64,000 bases of DNA from an uncultured cyanobacterium (GCA_963710605.1 CAVQBA010000006.1:1-64000); one strand, 5' to 3'. Positions 1 through 10,211 are shown, numbered from the stretch's first letter. Numbers and translations are program-made. Notes: generated by a model not told the origin, from the letters alone.

Positions 1-803
1 AAGTTGGTTGTAAAATTTATGCTGATGCGGCGATCGTTCAACCGAAGCAAAAACACCTCAAACGAGTGATTGCGGAGATGGGGGGCAAAAATGGCATAAT
101 TGTCGATGAAAGTGCCGATTTAGATCAAGCAGTGGCGGGTGTGGTACAATCTGCCTTTGGCTATAGCGGTCAAAAATGTTCTGCTTGTTCACGAGTGATT
201 GTCTTGGATACTGTTTACGATAGTTTTGTCGATCGATTGACTGAAGCTGTCAAATCATTAAATGTCGGTGAAGCGAAAAACCCAAGTACCAAAATTGGTC
301 CTGTAATTGATGCTACTGCTCAAAAACGTATTTTAGAATATATCGAACAAGGAAAACAAGAAGGTACGATCGCCATTCAAGTAACTCCGCCAGAAAATGG
401 TTATTTTGTCCCTCCCACTGTAATTAAAGATATTTCACCTAGTGCGACAATTGCTCAAGAAGAAATTTTTGGTCCTGTCTTAGCAGTGATTAAAGCAAGT
501 AGTTTCGATAACGCTTTAGATATTGCTAATGGTACAGATTTTGCTTTAACGGGTGGTTTGTATTCTCGTACACCTAACCATATCGACAGGGCTTATAAAG
601 AGTTTGAGGTGGGTAATGTTTATATTAACCGAGGAATTACAGGAGCGATCGTTGCTCGTCAACCTTTTGGTGGTTTTAAACTTTCTGGTGTCGGTTCAAA
701 AGCAGGTGGTCCTGATTATCTGTTACAGTTTTTAGAACCACGTGTAGTGACTGAAAACATTCAAAGACAAGGATTTGCACCGATCGAGGGGGCGGATAAT
801 TAA
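1..803 (+). CDS. putA: Bifunctional proline dehydrogenase/P5C dehydrogenase, C-terminal aldehyde dehydrogenase part (5' end outside window)
   Basis: Open frame from position 3; ALDH motifs EMGGKN, SGQKCSACSR, EEIFGP, QPFGGFKLSG; cyanobacterial PutA tail ENIQRQGFAPIEGAD. Confidence 0.9.
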   Translation, partial: VGCKIYADAAIVQPKQKHLKRVIAEMGGKNGIIVDESADLDQAVAGVVQSAFGYSGQKCSACSRVIVLDTVYDSFVDRLTEAVKSLNVGEAKNPSTKIGPVIDATAQKRILEYIEQGKQEGTIAIQVTPPENGYFVPPTVIKDISPSATIAQEEIFGPVLAVIKASSFDNALDIANGTDFALTGGLYSRTPNHIDRAYKEFEVGNVYINRGITGAIVARQPFGGFKLSGVGSKAGGPDYLLQFLEPRVVTENIQRQGFAPIEGADN

Positions 804-811
804 TTATTATT

Positions 812-836
812 GTCGGGGGTGTAAACGTTTACACCC
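812..836. repeat. REP-like palindrome / possible terminator after putA
   Basis: Perfect 20-bp palindrome GGGTGTAAACGTTTACACCC at 817-836. Confidence 0.6.
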
Positions 837-888
837 TTATTTGATTTGATATAGTTGAATAATACTCTCATTAATTTAATTAGATTAT

Positions 889-1092
889 ATGAAAATCAAA
901 GTTATAATTCATTCAGCAGAAGAAGGTGGATATTGGGCTGAAGTTCCTTCTTTACCTGGTTGTGGTACACAGGGAGATTCTTTTGAAGAATTGCTACAAA
1001 ATCTATATGAAGCAATTGAGGGTTATTTATTGGTAGATACAAATTCTTTAGAATTAGAAGATGGTGCCAAAGTGTTAGAAATTGCTATATGA
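889..1092 (+). CDS. hicB: HicB-family antitoxin (short form)
   Basis: [33 protein letters not shown] motif; overlaps hicA (ATGA). Confidence 0.9.
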   Translation: MKIKVIIHSAEEGGYWAEVPSLPGCGTQGDSFEELLQNLYEAIEGYLLVDTNSLELEDGAKVLEIAI

Positions 1093-1292
1093 AGTCAATG
1101 ACAGGAAAACAGTTGGCTAAACTGTTAGAAAAACACGGATGGGAATTGATTAGAATACAAGGTAGTCATCACATTTATGGAAAAGTAAATGTCAAGGTAA
1201 GAATTTCTGTACCTATTCATGGAAATAAAGACTTAAAAACTGGACTTTTAAGATATTTATTAAAACAGGCTAATTTACAAAAATATTTATAA
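1089..1292 (+). CDS. hicA: HicA-family toxin (mRNA interferase)
   Basis: [29 protein letters not shown] motif. Confidence 0.9.
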   Translation: MKSMTGKQLAKLLEKHGWELIRIQGSHHIYGKVNVKVRISVPIHGNKDLKTGLLRYLLKQANLQKYL

Positions 1293-1321
1293 ATTTTTTG
1301 CTTTTGGCGATGGAATTGACG

Positions 1322-1423
1322 ATGAATAATATCACCCAAACTAAATCTTTGGAATACTATTTATCTTCAAAATATCCGATACCTTCTGAGAAGAATAAAT
1401 ATTTAACTTATTTACAAATATGA
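1322..1423 (+). pseudogene. Internally deleted HicB-like remnant
   Basis: Hand translation MNNITQTKSLEYYLSSKYPIPSEK...; the LEYYLSxxYPI N-terminus typical of cyanobacterial HicB is joined directly to an IPSE-like tail. Confidence 0.5.
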
Positions 1424-1638
1424 TAGACGATCGATATTTAAACCTATTAATCACATTTCCTCCACGTCCAATTAAGTTAGAGGAGGATTTCGCTCGAATT
1501 CAAGCTGTAATAGATAATTTAGTAGATCAAGAAAATTTGACTTTAGACGAACAAGATTATTTGAATGTTCTAGGTAGTTTAGTTAGAGATTATGAAGATT
1601 TACATCAAAACTATATAAAGGAGAATAGAATTGATTGA
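1420..1638 (+). CDS. HigA-like antitoxin N-terminal domain only (no HTH), possibly truncated
   Basis: YLNLLITFPPRPIK..LTLDEQDYLNVLGSLVRDYED motif; ends before the HTH domain. Confidence 0.65.
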   Translation: MIDDRYLNLLITFPPRPIKLEEDFARIQAVIDNLVDQENLTLDEQDYLNVLGSLVRDYEDLHQNYIKENRID

Positions 1639-1650
1639 AGGAAAGTAAAA

Positions 1651-1830
1651 ATGAACTATCCGATCGTTATTTACCCTTGTGAAGAAGGGGGTTATGTAGC
1701 AGAAATTCCCAGTTTCAAAGGATGTCTAGCACAGGGAGAAACTTTAGGAGATACTTTGCAAGAACTAATAATTGTCCGAAAGTTATGGTTAGAAACAGCG
1801 AAGAAAAGGGTAAAACTCTTCCTAATATAG
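1651..1830 (+). CDS. hicB: HicB-family antitoxin, 59 aa (not in ORF track)
   Basis: MNYPIVIYPCEEGGYVAEIPSFKGCLAQGETLGDTLQELIIVRKLWLETAKKR; one extra G near 1810 would restore a typical GKTLP ending. Confidence 0.8.
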   Translation: MNYPIVIYPCEEGGYVAEIPSFKGCLAQGETLGDTLQELIIVRKLWLETAKKRVKLFLI

Positions 1831-2042
1831 TCATTTTAATTAAGATTAAGACAGTAAGAACAATACTGAAACTAAAGTATCAAACCCGCCTTTAACTGTC
1901 GTGCAAGACTAACATCCTGTTCGTTTAATAAATTAAACTTAAATTTAGATTCATCACTCTTGTCTCATTTTTATTTTAAATAACTATACATCAGTTATAA
2001 AAGGAGAATATCAATTAGTATTACTTATTTTACCTTGTTAAT

Positions 2043-3731
2043 TTAACTTACAGTAGTGGTTAGATTACGATCGACTTTTTTTCTTTCGGCTATTGCTAAC
2101 CCTTCTTTTAATGCTTGAAAACGATCGTCAATCCAACAATTTTCAGGTATTGAAGCAATCTTCATTTTTTGCAAACGGCTTTTTACTTGCTCTATTGCAC
2201 CGACAATTATCACTCCTTTATTACAATCAATTGCTTCAGAGATAGCCTTTTCGATTGCTAATGAAGCAGTAACACCTAAAACAGATACTTCTGATAAATC
2301 GACAATTAAAACATCGTAATTATCGCACGCATCATGTTGACGAGAAATATTCTTCGCCACACTAAAAATCATCGGACCACTTAAATGAAATAATAATATG
2401 CTTCCATCGGCGGAATCAAGAATAAATTTTTCTTCATCGCTCAAAAAAATCTGGTCATCATCATTAGTAATTGTTTTAACTGCATCCGATTGTACAGCCA
2501 TTAAACGATCGATGGTTAAAAGATTGGTGATAAATACACCAACAGCTACCGCCACCATTAAATCTACAAAAACGGTCAGTAAAACCACAGTATAAACAAT
2601 ACCCGTGGCTTTGATTGAAATTTGATGAACTCTTTTCAAAAAACTCCAGTCAATAATATCAATACCAACTTTTAAAACAATACCTGATAAGACAGCCAAA
2701 GGAATCGCCGAAGTAGTTGAAGCCGCTAAAAGCAGAATCATCAACAACACTAAAGCCCTGCAAATACCAGCTAAAGCGGTTCGTCCACCTGCTTGAATAT
2801 TGACTACACTAGCTGTCGTTGCACCCGCACCTGCTATTCCTCCACAAAAACCAGTAATCAAATTAGCAACACCTTGCCCGATTAATTCTTTATTTGATTG
2901 ATGTTCACTGCGAGTTAAACTATCACAAATTACACAACTTAGTAATGAATCGATCGAACTAACTATAGCTAATACTACTGCACTAGTAAACATCAATTGT
3001 AGATTGTCGAGGCTGAAAACAGGTATTTGTAAATTAGGTAAACCAGCGGTAATTTTACCAACAGTTGCGATCGTCCTAATATCAGCATTACCTAAAAACA
3101 ATAAGGCAACTAAAGTACCAATTATCAAAGTAACTAACTGAGGCGGCACAACAGTCTTCCATCTATTAGGATAAATAAACAAAATAACTAAAGTTAGTAA
3201 ACCTAAACCAAGCTCTAAGGGATTAAAATTAACAATTAAATCGGGTAAATTTCTAATTACTCCTAAAACACCGCCATTCGGTATTTCTTGACCCGATAAT
3301 GGTGCAATCTGTAAGATAATTAGAGTTACCCCTATACCCGTCATAAATCCTGAAATGACGTTATAAGAAAGCATCGTAATGTATTTACCTAACTTGAGTA
3401 AACCAAATAAGATCTGAAATATTCCTGCCATCATAATAACGGTAAAAGCCATTGCTAAACCTGTCTCAGGATCTTTTTCAACTAATTTAGCAATTACCGC
3501 TGTTGTAATCACCGTCATCGATCCTGTCGGCTCAGAAATCAGACCAGGTGTACCCCCAAACAAAGCTGTAAAAAAACCGATTAAGATTGCACCCCACATA
3601 CCAGCCGATGCACCAGCACCAGAAGCAACTCCGAAAGCTAACGCTACGGGTAAAGCTATTATTGCCGCTGTTACGCCACCGAAAATATCTCCACGAAGAT
3701 TATCAAAGTCAATTTTATTGATTATTTGCAT
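2043..3731 (-). CDS. bicA: SulP-family bicarbonate transporter (BicA-like) with STAS domain
   Basis: NLRGDIFGGVTAAIIALPVALAFG, ISEPTG, SNKELIGQG, C-terminal STAS (LSGPMIF); ATG at 3731 preferred over upstream TTG. Confidence 0.85.
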   Translation of the reverse strand: MQIINKIDFDNLRGDIFGGVTAAIIALPVALAFGVASGAGASAGMWGAILIGFFTALFGGTPGLISEPTGSMTVITTAVIAKLVEKDPETGLAMAFTVIMMAGIFQILFGLLKLGKYITMLSYNVISGFMTGIGVTLIILQIAPLSGQEIPNGGVLGVIRNLPDLIVNFNPLELGLGLLTLVILFIYPNRWKTVVPPQLVTLIIGTLVALLFLGNADIRTIATVGKITAGLPNLQIPVFSLDNLQLMFTSAVVLAIVSSIDSLLSCVICDSLTRSEHQSNKELIGQGVANLITGFCGGIAGAGATTASVVNIQAGGRTALAGICRALVLLMILLLAASTTSAIPLAVLSGIVLKVGIDIIDWSFLKRVHQISIKATGIVYTVVLLTVFVDLMVAVAVGVFITNLLTIDRLMAVQSDAVKTITNDDDQIFLSDEEKFILDSADGSILLFHLSGPMIFSVAKNISRQHDACDNYDVLIVDLSEVSVLGVTASLAIEKAISEAIDCNKGVIIVGAIEQVKSRLQKMKIASIPENCWIDDRFQALKEGLAIAERKKVDRNLTTTVS

Positions 3732-4151
3732 TATGAATGTTTTGCTAATGCTCAAACTAACTATTTAAGCTATGGATAATTGCTGTAATCGATCGAGATA
3801 TTATTAATTTGAACATCTCCTCTTATTATATTCAAAAGTATCTGCAACAAACTAATAATCAACATCCTGAAGAGGAATTTTGAGAGTAGCGATTACTTAC
3901 ATAGTGGCAAATGATCGTTTGATTGTAAACACATTATCAACTTAAAGTACGATCGATTGTTTATTTACTATGAACAAACTCAGTTTGTAAAATATAACAA
4001 GAGTTAACTCAAGTGAGGAGATAGATAATATTGTTCACCGTAATTAAAATGTGATAAGCCACGATTATTTATCAATACTCGTCTAATTTTGATCGACTTA
4101 CTAGTTCCGATATGATGTAGATAGAGAAAAACCGTCACCTTGATTGATTAG

Positions 4152-4778
4152 TTAAGTTAAATGTAAGCCATTATCAAAAAGTTGCATAATTATTGGAAAT
4201 GTAGTCCTAGCATACTGAAGACGCACGTTCCATGCAGTAAGCATATCAGAATATATACAGGTGTGCTCATGTAATTCATAATTTTGGTGTTGATAGTTAA
4301 GAAATTCGCTCCATTTAGCTACCGTTTTCTTTGCTATATCAGATCCATAAAGATATTCAAGTGTACAAATTACCCATTCAGGAGTGATCGATTCGTCAAT
4401 CCAACTATTTTGTAAACTGCCATTTGCACAGCCTTCTAGGTAACTGAATAGCACAGACTGAGTTGAAGTACCTGAGACTCGTGCCAAGCAAATACATATA
4501 TGACTAACGTGTCCTGGTCTTGCCAACAGTATAGATTCTAAATATGGGAGGTAATCTGGGTTCTGTTTATAGGCAATAAACCAAGCTGCAACTATAGACG
4601 GACGCCAAGTGGAGTTTAACATTTCCAGTATTTGTTGGTCACTGACTTCCATGGCTAGAATACGGAAAGCAGAAAGGACTTGTTCCTGTTTTTCAGGTGG
4701 ATAATATGCTATGTTTGCCCTCATCAAAGATCCATAGAAAGGAGCAACTAGCGTGGGATGAAAAGTCCAGTCAGTCAT
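4152..4778 (-). CDS. Hypothetical protein, DUF6000-like
   Basis: 208-aa ORF; LNSTWRPSIVAAWFIA resembles the DUF6000 WR..AAW core; composition looks less AT-rich than flanks. Confidence 0.5.
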   Translation of the reverse strand: MTDWTFHPTLVAPFYGSLMRANIAYYPPEKQEQVLSAFRILAMEVSDQQILEMLNSTWRPSIVAAWFIAYKQNPDYLPYLESILLARPGHVSHICICLARVSGTSTQSVLFSYLEGCANGSLQNSWIDESITPEWVICTLEYLYGSDIAKKTVAKWSEFLNYQHQNYELHEHTCIYSDMLTAWNVRLQYARTTFPIIMQLFDNGLHLT

Positions 4779-5101
4779 ATATGTAAAAGTATAATTTATA
4801 ATATTTACCAGATGTCGATGCTATTATTTAACTAATACGATCGTTTTATTGGAAGTATTTGATTCTTTTTTTGCATCGAAAGCGTTACCACAATCTTTCA
4901 CAAAATTAGATTGTTATCTCTTCACTATTAATATCTTTAATATTTAATGCACTATTACTATTATCTATATTATTAACGTACCAAAATATAACAGAACACG
5001 GAGGAATTTACTCGTTTTAGATTATAATTTTAAAAAATAATTTATTTGTCGAGAATAACTATGTTGATTTTACTACTATGCAAAGAGAAAATATCGTAAT
5101 T

Positions 5102-5878
5102 TTAGTTAGACAAAGATTCATTTAACTCCTTAATTGAATTAAAATCTTCTTTCAAAACTGTGTACTCACTTTCATCATCTTGTATCTTTTGTTCAATATC
5201 AAGTAATGATTTATATACTTCCTTGAAATTGGTAATAGCTTTTTCCTCAAAGGTATTAAATACAGGTTTGGTCATTAACCCTAAACAAATTAAAGTATTA
5301 ATTCTAGCAATCAGGAAATTAGTTCGTTTTTGGCATCTGTTGATTGAATCTGAATCGAAAGTATCAAATTTATCGATCGAATTAGGTAATTCATAACAGG
5401 TAAAGTTTCTCAGCTCTTCTAGAACAACATTCAGCTTACGAAAGTATTTTACAAGAATTTCCAAGTCACTAGACTTATATAACTTTAAATTATCTAGTTT
5501 CCGTTTGTATAATTCATCATCATTAATATTAGTTTCTAAATCTTCAATTCTAGTTGTGTATTTTAATAAACCTCTTCTTTCTTCTGTCGTTCGTTGGGGA
5601 TTGGACTGCTCATCGTCTTGTGAGTCAATAATGATATCTGCATTAGTAGTTAATTGATTATTTATGTTTTGACACGCCATTCTAATATTGTAAAGATCAT
5701 CTATTTGATTACCGATAATTAAGTCGAATACTTTTGAAACATCTTTGAGCATATTTCTGTACTTAAAGCTATTAATTATCCAGTTTCCTAAAACTATTCC
5801 TAATCCAGTATTGATTCCTGTAAACAATGTTTCTTGGAAATCATCAATAAATCTCATCAAAAAATTCAAAAATTCCAT
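5102..5878 (-). CDS. Hypothetical protein with an N-terminal TM helix and a helical soluble domain
   Basis: 258-aa ORF; hydrophobic LFTGINTGLGIVLGNWII; no recognised family. Confidence 0.6.
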   Translation of the reverse strand: MEFLNFLMRFIDDFQETLFTGINTGLGIVLGNWIINSFKYRNMLKDVSKVFDLIIGNQIDDLYNIRMACQNINNQLTTNADIIIDSQDDEQSNPQRTTEERRGLLKYTTRIEDLETNINDDELYKRKLDNLKLYKSSDLEILVKYFRKLNVVLEELRNFTCYELPNSIDKFDTFDSDSINRCQKRTNFLIARINTLICLGLMTKPVFNTFEEKAITNFKEVYKSLLDIEQKIQDDESEYTVLKEDFNSIKELNESLSN

Positions 5879-6158
5879 AAATATAATGATTTAGTTGAAA
5901 ACAACTAAAAAAAGATTACACTTCTTAGTTTAATGGTTAAAAACATATTTTAAAACTATGATTTAATGCATCAATTCAGTAGTGAATGATTTTTAAAATT
6001 TAGGATAATTATCACAATGTCAGAAAAAATCAATCAATTTATGATTAGAGGTGAAAAGCTTAGCTTGAATTACTATTAAAATCCAATACGCCATTCAATG
6101 GAGTATCCCCCCCATCCCTACGGGGCTTACAAGCATCTGAAGTAAATTCAGATGACAG

Positions 6159-6218
6159 CCCCTCCCCTTTGAAAGGGGGGAGATTCGGGACTTTAAACCC
6201 TTTATTTTTTGGTAAGTT
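6159..6218 (+). repeat. Dispersed repeat copy 1 (CCCCTTT-GAAAGGGG hairpin plus tail)
   Basis: AAGGGGGGAGATTC-N5-TTTAAACCCT...GGTAA shared with 7989-8035. Confidence 0.65.
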
Positions 6219-6256
6219 CGCTTGTAATGATAAAATTAGAGCTTTTTCTTAGTTGT

Positions 6257-7117
6257 TTATTCTATAACGTATTGGTTAACAAACCGCTTAAAAAGTTTTT
6301 TATCTTCTTCAGACAGATGATTATCATGCCCTCCGCTTTCAACTACAATTAGTTGCTTAGATTCAGGAGCAGTTTTATACAAACGTTGTCCCATTTCTAG
6401 AGGGATTTGAATATCATTAGTACCCGTAATAATTAGCACTGGCATTTTTACTTTCTTCATTTTCTCAATCGATTCAAATTGTTGTGTCAGAATTAACTCT
6501 ATTGGTAATAACCAATACAATCCAAAACGTTTTGTCATATCTCGCATACTTGTAAACGAATTATGGACGATGAGTGCGGCACTTTCTGAATTTTTCGAGG
6601 CTAAATCAATTGCAATCGCCCCTCCAATTGAGTGACCATAAATAATAATTTGGTTGCCCGGAATTTTACGCTCTTGAGTCAAGTAATCCCAAGCGATTTG
6701 TGCATCCTCATAAACTTGAGATTCTGTCGGAAAAGCTCCCTCACTCTGACCAAAACCTCGATAATCAAAGAGAAAAACTGAATACCCTAATTGATGAAAT
6801 TGTAAAGCTTGACTGACGTTAGCTCCGATATTAACAGCATTATGATGAAAATACAAAATCACAGGAGCATTTGGCTGTTTAGCTTCAATCCACCAGCCAT
6901 GTATCCTCTGTATTTGCCCTTGTTTGTCTGAAATGGGAAGCCATACGTCTTGATAATCTAAACCATAAAGAGTCGGAGTATTTTTAAGTTGACGACTGGG
7001 AAAAAACATGAGCCTTTGTTGCTGAAAATAAAGGATAGAGCAAACAAGTACATAACCGATCGCAAATCTACGTATTAGTGGTTGCCATTTTTTCTTCCGA
7101 TATCGCTTAATAGGCAT
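6257..7117 (-). CDS. Alpha/beta hydrolase (ABHD/Bem46-like), membrane anchored
   Basis: FDYRGFGQS, GHSIGG nucleophile elbow, GTND, GGHDN; N-terminal TM; alternative GTG start at 7144. Confidence 0.85.
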   Translation of the reverse strand: MPIKRYRKKKWQPLIRRFAIGYVLVCSILYFQQQRLMFFPSRQLKNTPTLYGLDYQDVWLPISDKQGQIQRIHGWWIEAKQPNAPVILYFHHNAVNIGANVSQALQFHQLGYSVFLFDYRGFGQSEGAFPTESQVYEDAQIAWDYLTQERKIPGNQIIIYGHSIGGAIAIDLASKNSESAALIVHNSFTSMRDMTKRFGLYWLLPIELILTQQFESIEKMKKVKMPVLIITGTNDIQIPLEMGQRLYKTAPESKQLIVVESGGHDNHLSEEDKKLFKRFVNQYVIE

Positions 7118-7176
7118 TAATTTTATCTCAAACGTTACGACCACTAATGATAAATTGTTTTAATTACAATAGTCAA

Positions 7177-7224
7177 CAAAGGGCAAAGGGCAAAGGGCAA
7201 AGGGCAAAGGGCAGAGGGCAAAGG
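7177..7224. repeat. Heptamer tandem repeat (CAAAGGG)x~7, STRR-like
   Basis: Read directly from the sequence. Confidence 0.9.
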
Positions 7225-7354
7225 TAATTTTAGAAGTAGCTTGAAACTATCACCAAAATTAATAACGGCAATTAATGTCGGTTTGAGGTAGGAGGGTTGA
7301 CCAGATATGATTTGCACTATCATTAAGTCGGTTAATAAATAAAAGATTTGAATT

Positions 7355-7924
7355 ATGGATAGAGAAGAGTTGTTGAGAAGATATACTGCTGGAGAAAGGG
7401 ACTTTTCTTGGGTCGATAAAATATCCTTTGTTGATGTTGATTTCAGTGGGCTTATCCTCCAAAATATTAATTTCACTGGTCTCGATTTTTTCGCTACTGA
7501 TTTTGAAGGTACTGACTTGAGTGGAAGTATCTTCAAAAACGCCGATTTGGAATCCACTTGTTTCGATAATGCTATTTTGGCTGGAAGTAATTTGAGTAAG
7601 GCTAGGATTGATGGTACCTGTTTTTATAATACAATTCTTGATAGGACAAATCTTACTGGAATCGAAGCTATTGAAATTAATTTTATTGATACTTCTTTCA
7701 TCAAAGCTAATTTTAGTAGTCTTTTCTCTAATAAAACTTATATATTCGGGTGTCTGTTTGAAAGAGCTAATTTTACTGATGCCAATTTGAGTAAAGCTAT
7801 CTTTACTGATAGTCACTTTGTCAATACCAATTTTACCGGTGTCAACTTGAAAAATGTTACTTTCTCGAATACTATTATGCCTGATGGTAGTATTCGCAAT
7901 ACTAGTAGTATAGAGCCGTCTTAA
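7355..7924 (+). CDS. Pentapeptide repeat protein
   Basis: MDREELLRRYTAGERDF start and A(D/N)(L/F)xx repeats. Confidence 0.9.
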   Translation: MDREELLRRYTAGERDFSWVDKISFVDVDFSGLILQNINFTGLDFFATDFEGTDLSGSIFKNADLESTCFDNAILAGSNLSKARIDGTCFYNTILDRTNLTGIEAIEINFIDTSFIKANFSSLFSNKTYIFGCLFERANFTDANLSKAIFTDSHFVNTNFTGVNLKNVTFSNTIMPDGSIRNTSSIEPS

Positions 7925-7988
7925 ATTACTTGTTGTATGATGATCAATATCAAATTCATTATTACTAGTATTCCGTGATTTTGCTAAT

Positions 7989-8035
7989 AAAGGGGGGGAG
8001 ATTCAGGGGTTTAAACCCTCAATTTTGGGTAAATT
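7989..8035 (+). repeat. Dispersed repeat copy 2
   Basis: Matches 6173-6218. Confidence 0.6.
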
Positions 8036-8038
8036 ATA

Positions 8039-8650
8039 CGATCGAACTATCAGTAGAGCCTTAAAAAAATCAATTTTACCAGAAAAAAAACTTATGGGTA
8101 TCAAGAACGCGACTACATGAAAAGGAAAGTATTTCAGGACGAAATAGCGAAATTGAACAGTGCTCAGATTGTTTATGCTGATGAAGCACCCGACGATGGA
8201 TAATCGAGAAGACTATGGCTATGCCTATCAACAAAAAGGTCAACGTTTTCATGCACTCAAATCAGGTTGAAGATAAGGACGAGTGAACATGATTGCCGCT
8301 CAATGTCAAAACTATTTATTTGCACCTTTTGCAATAGAAGGCTCTTGTAATCGAACTGTTTTTGAAACTTGGTTAAAAAACTGCTTGTTACCATTATTAC
8401 ATCCTAGTCAAGTTTTAGTAATTAATAATGCTAGTTTCCATAAAGGAGGACAAATTGAACAACTACTTAATAGTGTTGGATGCGAAGTACTTTATTTACC
8501 ACCTTATTCGCCAGACTACAATAAAATTGAGAAGAGTTAGTCTTGGTTAAAAAGTAGAATTCGTCACTGCTTAAAAGATTTTGATTGTTTACGAGATGCT
8601 ATGGTATTTGTCTTGGCTCAAGCGTCCTAATAGTTATGGCGGTTGCTATA
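8039..8650 (+). mobile_element. Degenerate, 5'-truncated IS630-family element
   Basis: Fragments ISRALKK..FTRKK.YGYQERD, VYADE, NNASFHK, YLPPYSPDYNKIEK with stops and frameshifts; right end ...GGTTGCTATA ends in TA. Confidence 0.85.
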
Positions 8651-8655
8651 ACTAC

Positions 8656-8686
8656 AAACTTTCTTTTATTTAGGTGGAGCTACTTA
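8656..8686 (+). mobile_element. Right half of a small TAAGTAGC-ended MITE-like element
   Basis: AAACTTTCTTTTATTTAGG-N4-GCTACTTA, near-identical to the right part of 58063-58122. Confidence 0.6.
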
Positions 8687-8721
8687 CTAAGATCACTACT
8701 TTATTTTATAACTCTTAATTT

Positions 8722-9602
8722 ATGTATAAATATCAACGTATCCAAAATCTTTGTGACATTGATTTTAAAAAATATACTGGTGTTCATAAACAAACTTTTC
8801 AATTAATGCTTACTTTCTGGCATCAATATTATTTTTCAGATTCTACTGCAGCAGGTCGCCCCTCTAAATTATCTCCACAAGAACAAATTTTACTGACTTT
8901 AGAGTATTGTTCGTGAGTATCGAACTTATTTTCATATCGCTCAAGATTGGGGAATTTCTGAGTCTACTGTTTCTCGTATTGTTCACCGTGTCGAAAAAGT
9001 TTTATTAAACGATCGGTCAATTTCGTCTCAAAGGAAAGAAAAGTTTGTTACAAGAAGATATTGCTCCTAGTCGAGTGATAATTGATGTCACCGAAACGCC
9101 CATTGAACGACCTGTTAAACATCAAAAAAAGTATTATTCAGGTAAAAAAAAACAACACACTTTCAATTGTCAAGTAGTTGCTGATGCCGATAGCTCAGAA
9201 ATAATCTGTTTGTTTTTTGGTTAAGGAAGTAGTCATGATTTTAGTCTGTATAAAGATTCTCAAGTAAAATTTTGTCCCGAGACACAAACCTATCCAGATA
9301 GTGGCTATCAAGGAATTAGAAAATATCATGACAATATTTTTGTACTCTACAAAAAAACCAAAAATAAAAAGCTGACAATTGTAGAAAAACAGTACAATTA
9401 GGCGTTAAGCAAAGAGCGTATCAAAATAGAACATATTAATAAAAGCTTAAAAACATTTAGCATTATCAGAGGAAGATATCAAAATAAAGCACGAGGATAC
9501 GAACGAAGATGTCAATTAATAGCGGCAATTTGTTCTGGTTCAAGATACAGTGGCGATCGATTTGTCAAGCATATGATGGTCATAATTTTGCAAGAGGTCT
9601 AA
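8722..9602 (+). mobile_element. Degenerate IS5/ISL2-type (HTH_Tnp_4 + DDE_Tnp_4) transposase pseudogene with right terminus
   Basis: FKKYTGV..TF, GRPSKLS.EQILLTLEY, REYRTYFHIAQDWGISESTV, IDVTETPIERP, YSGKKKQHT, DSGYQG, ERIKIEHIN with internal stops; terminal TTTTGCAAGAGGTCTAA. Confidence 0.8.
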
Positions 9603-9684
9603 TAATCAATAATTATATTAAGCACAATGATAACCATAAATGATTGCTCATCGCCCGATAATTAACTCTTAACTATAAAGATTC

Positions 9685-9693
9685 TGTTATAAT
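9685..9693 (+). promoter_or_regulatory. Extended -10 element upstream of rplI
   Basis: TGTTATAAT about 60 nt before the ATG. Confidence 0.45.
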
Positions 9694-9752
9694 GATAGAT
9701 TGTGATTAAATGTACTTATTATAAGAAATAAAGTTTAAGTATCGAGGTAATT

Positions 9753-10211
9753 ATGGCTAAAAAAATGCAACTGTTATTAAATAAAGAAGTTAACAAATTA
9801 GGTAAAAGAGGCGATTTAGTTGATGTCGCTCCCGGATATGCTCGTAACTTTCTCGTGCCTAAAGGTTTTGGAGTAGTAGTCACAGATGGTATTTTACGTC
9901 AAGTAGAACAAAGAAGAGAAAAAGAAAGACAACGTCTGTTAACACTTCTAGAAGAAGCTAAATCTTGGAAAACTGCTCTCCAGACAATTAATAATTTTGT
10001 GATTCGGAAGCAATTAGGTGAAGATCAAGCAATTTTTGGTACTGTAACTACTCAAGAAGTAGTTGATGTAATCAAACAAAATGCTAATTTAGATGTTGAG
10101 CGTCAAGATATTGAGCTACCAGAAGTTAAGAAAGTAGGTAAATATCCTGTACAAATCAAACTTCACCCTGACGTTGTCGCCGAAATTATTGTCGAAGTTA
10201 TGCCTTTGTAA
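9753..10211 (+). CDS. rplI: 50S ribosomal protein L9
   Basis: LGKRGDLVDVAPGYARNFLVPKG, IFGTVT, KLHPDV. Confidence 0.97.
   Translation: MAKKMQLLLNKEVNKLGKRGDLVDVAPGYARNFLVPKGFGVVVTDGILRQVEQRREKERQRLLTLLEEAKSWKTALQTINNFVIRKQLGEDQAIFGTVTTQEVVDVIKQNANLDVERQDIELPEVKKVGKYPVQIKLHPDVVAEIIVEVMPL

Noticed and set aside
7144-7816. Minus-strand ORFs of 137 and 185 aa
   Set aside because: Antisense shadows of the pentapeptide gene and the heptamer repeat (LCPLPFALCPL comes from the repeat).
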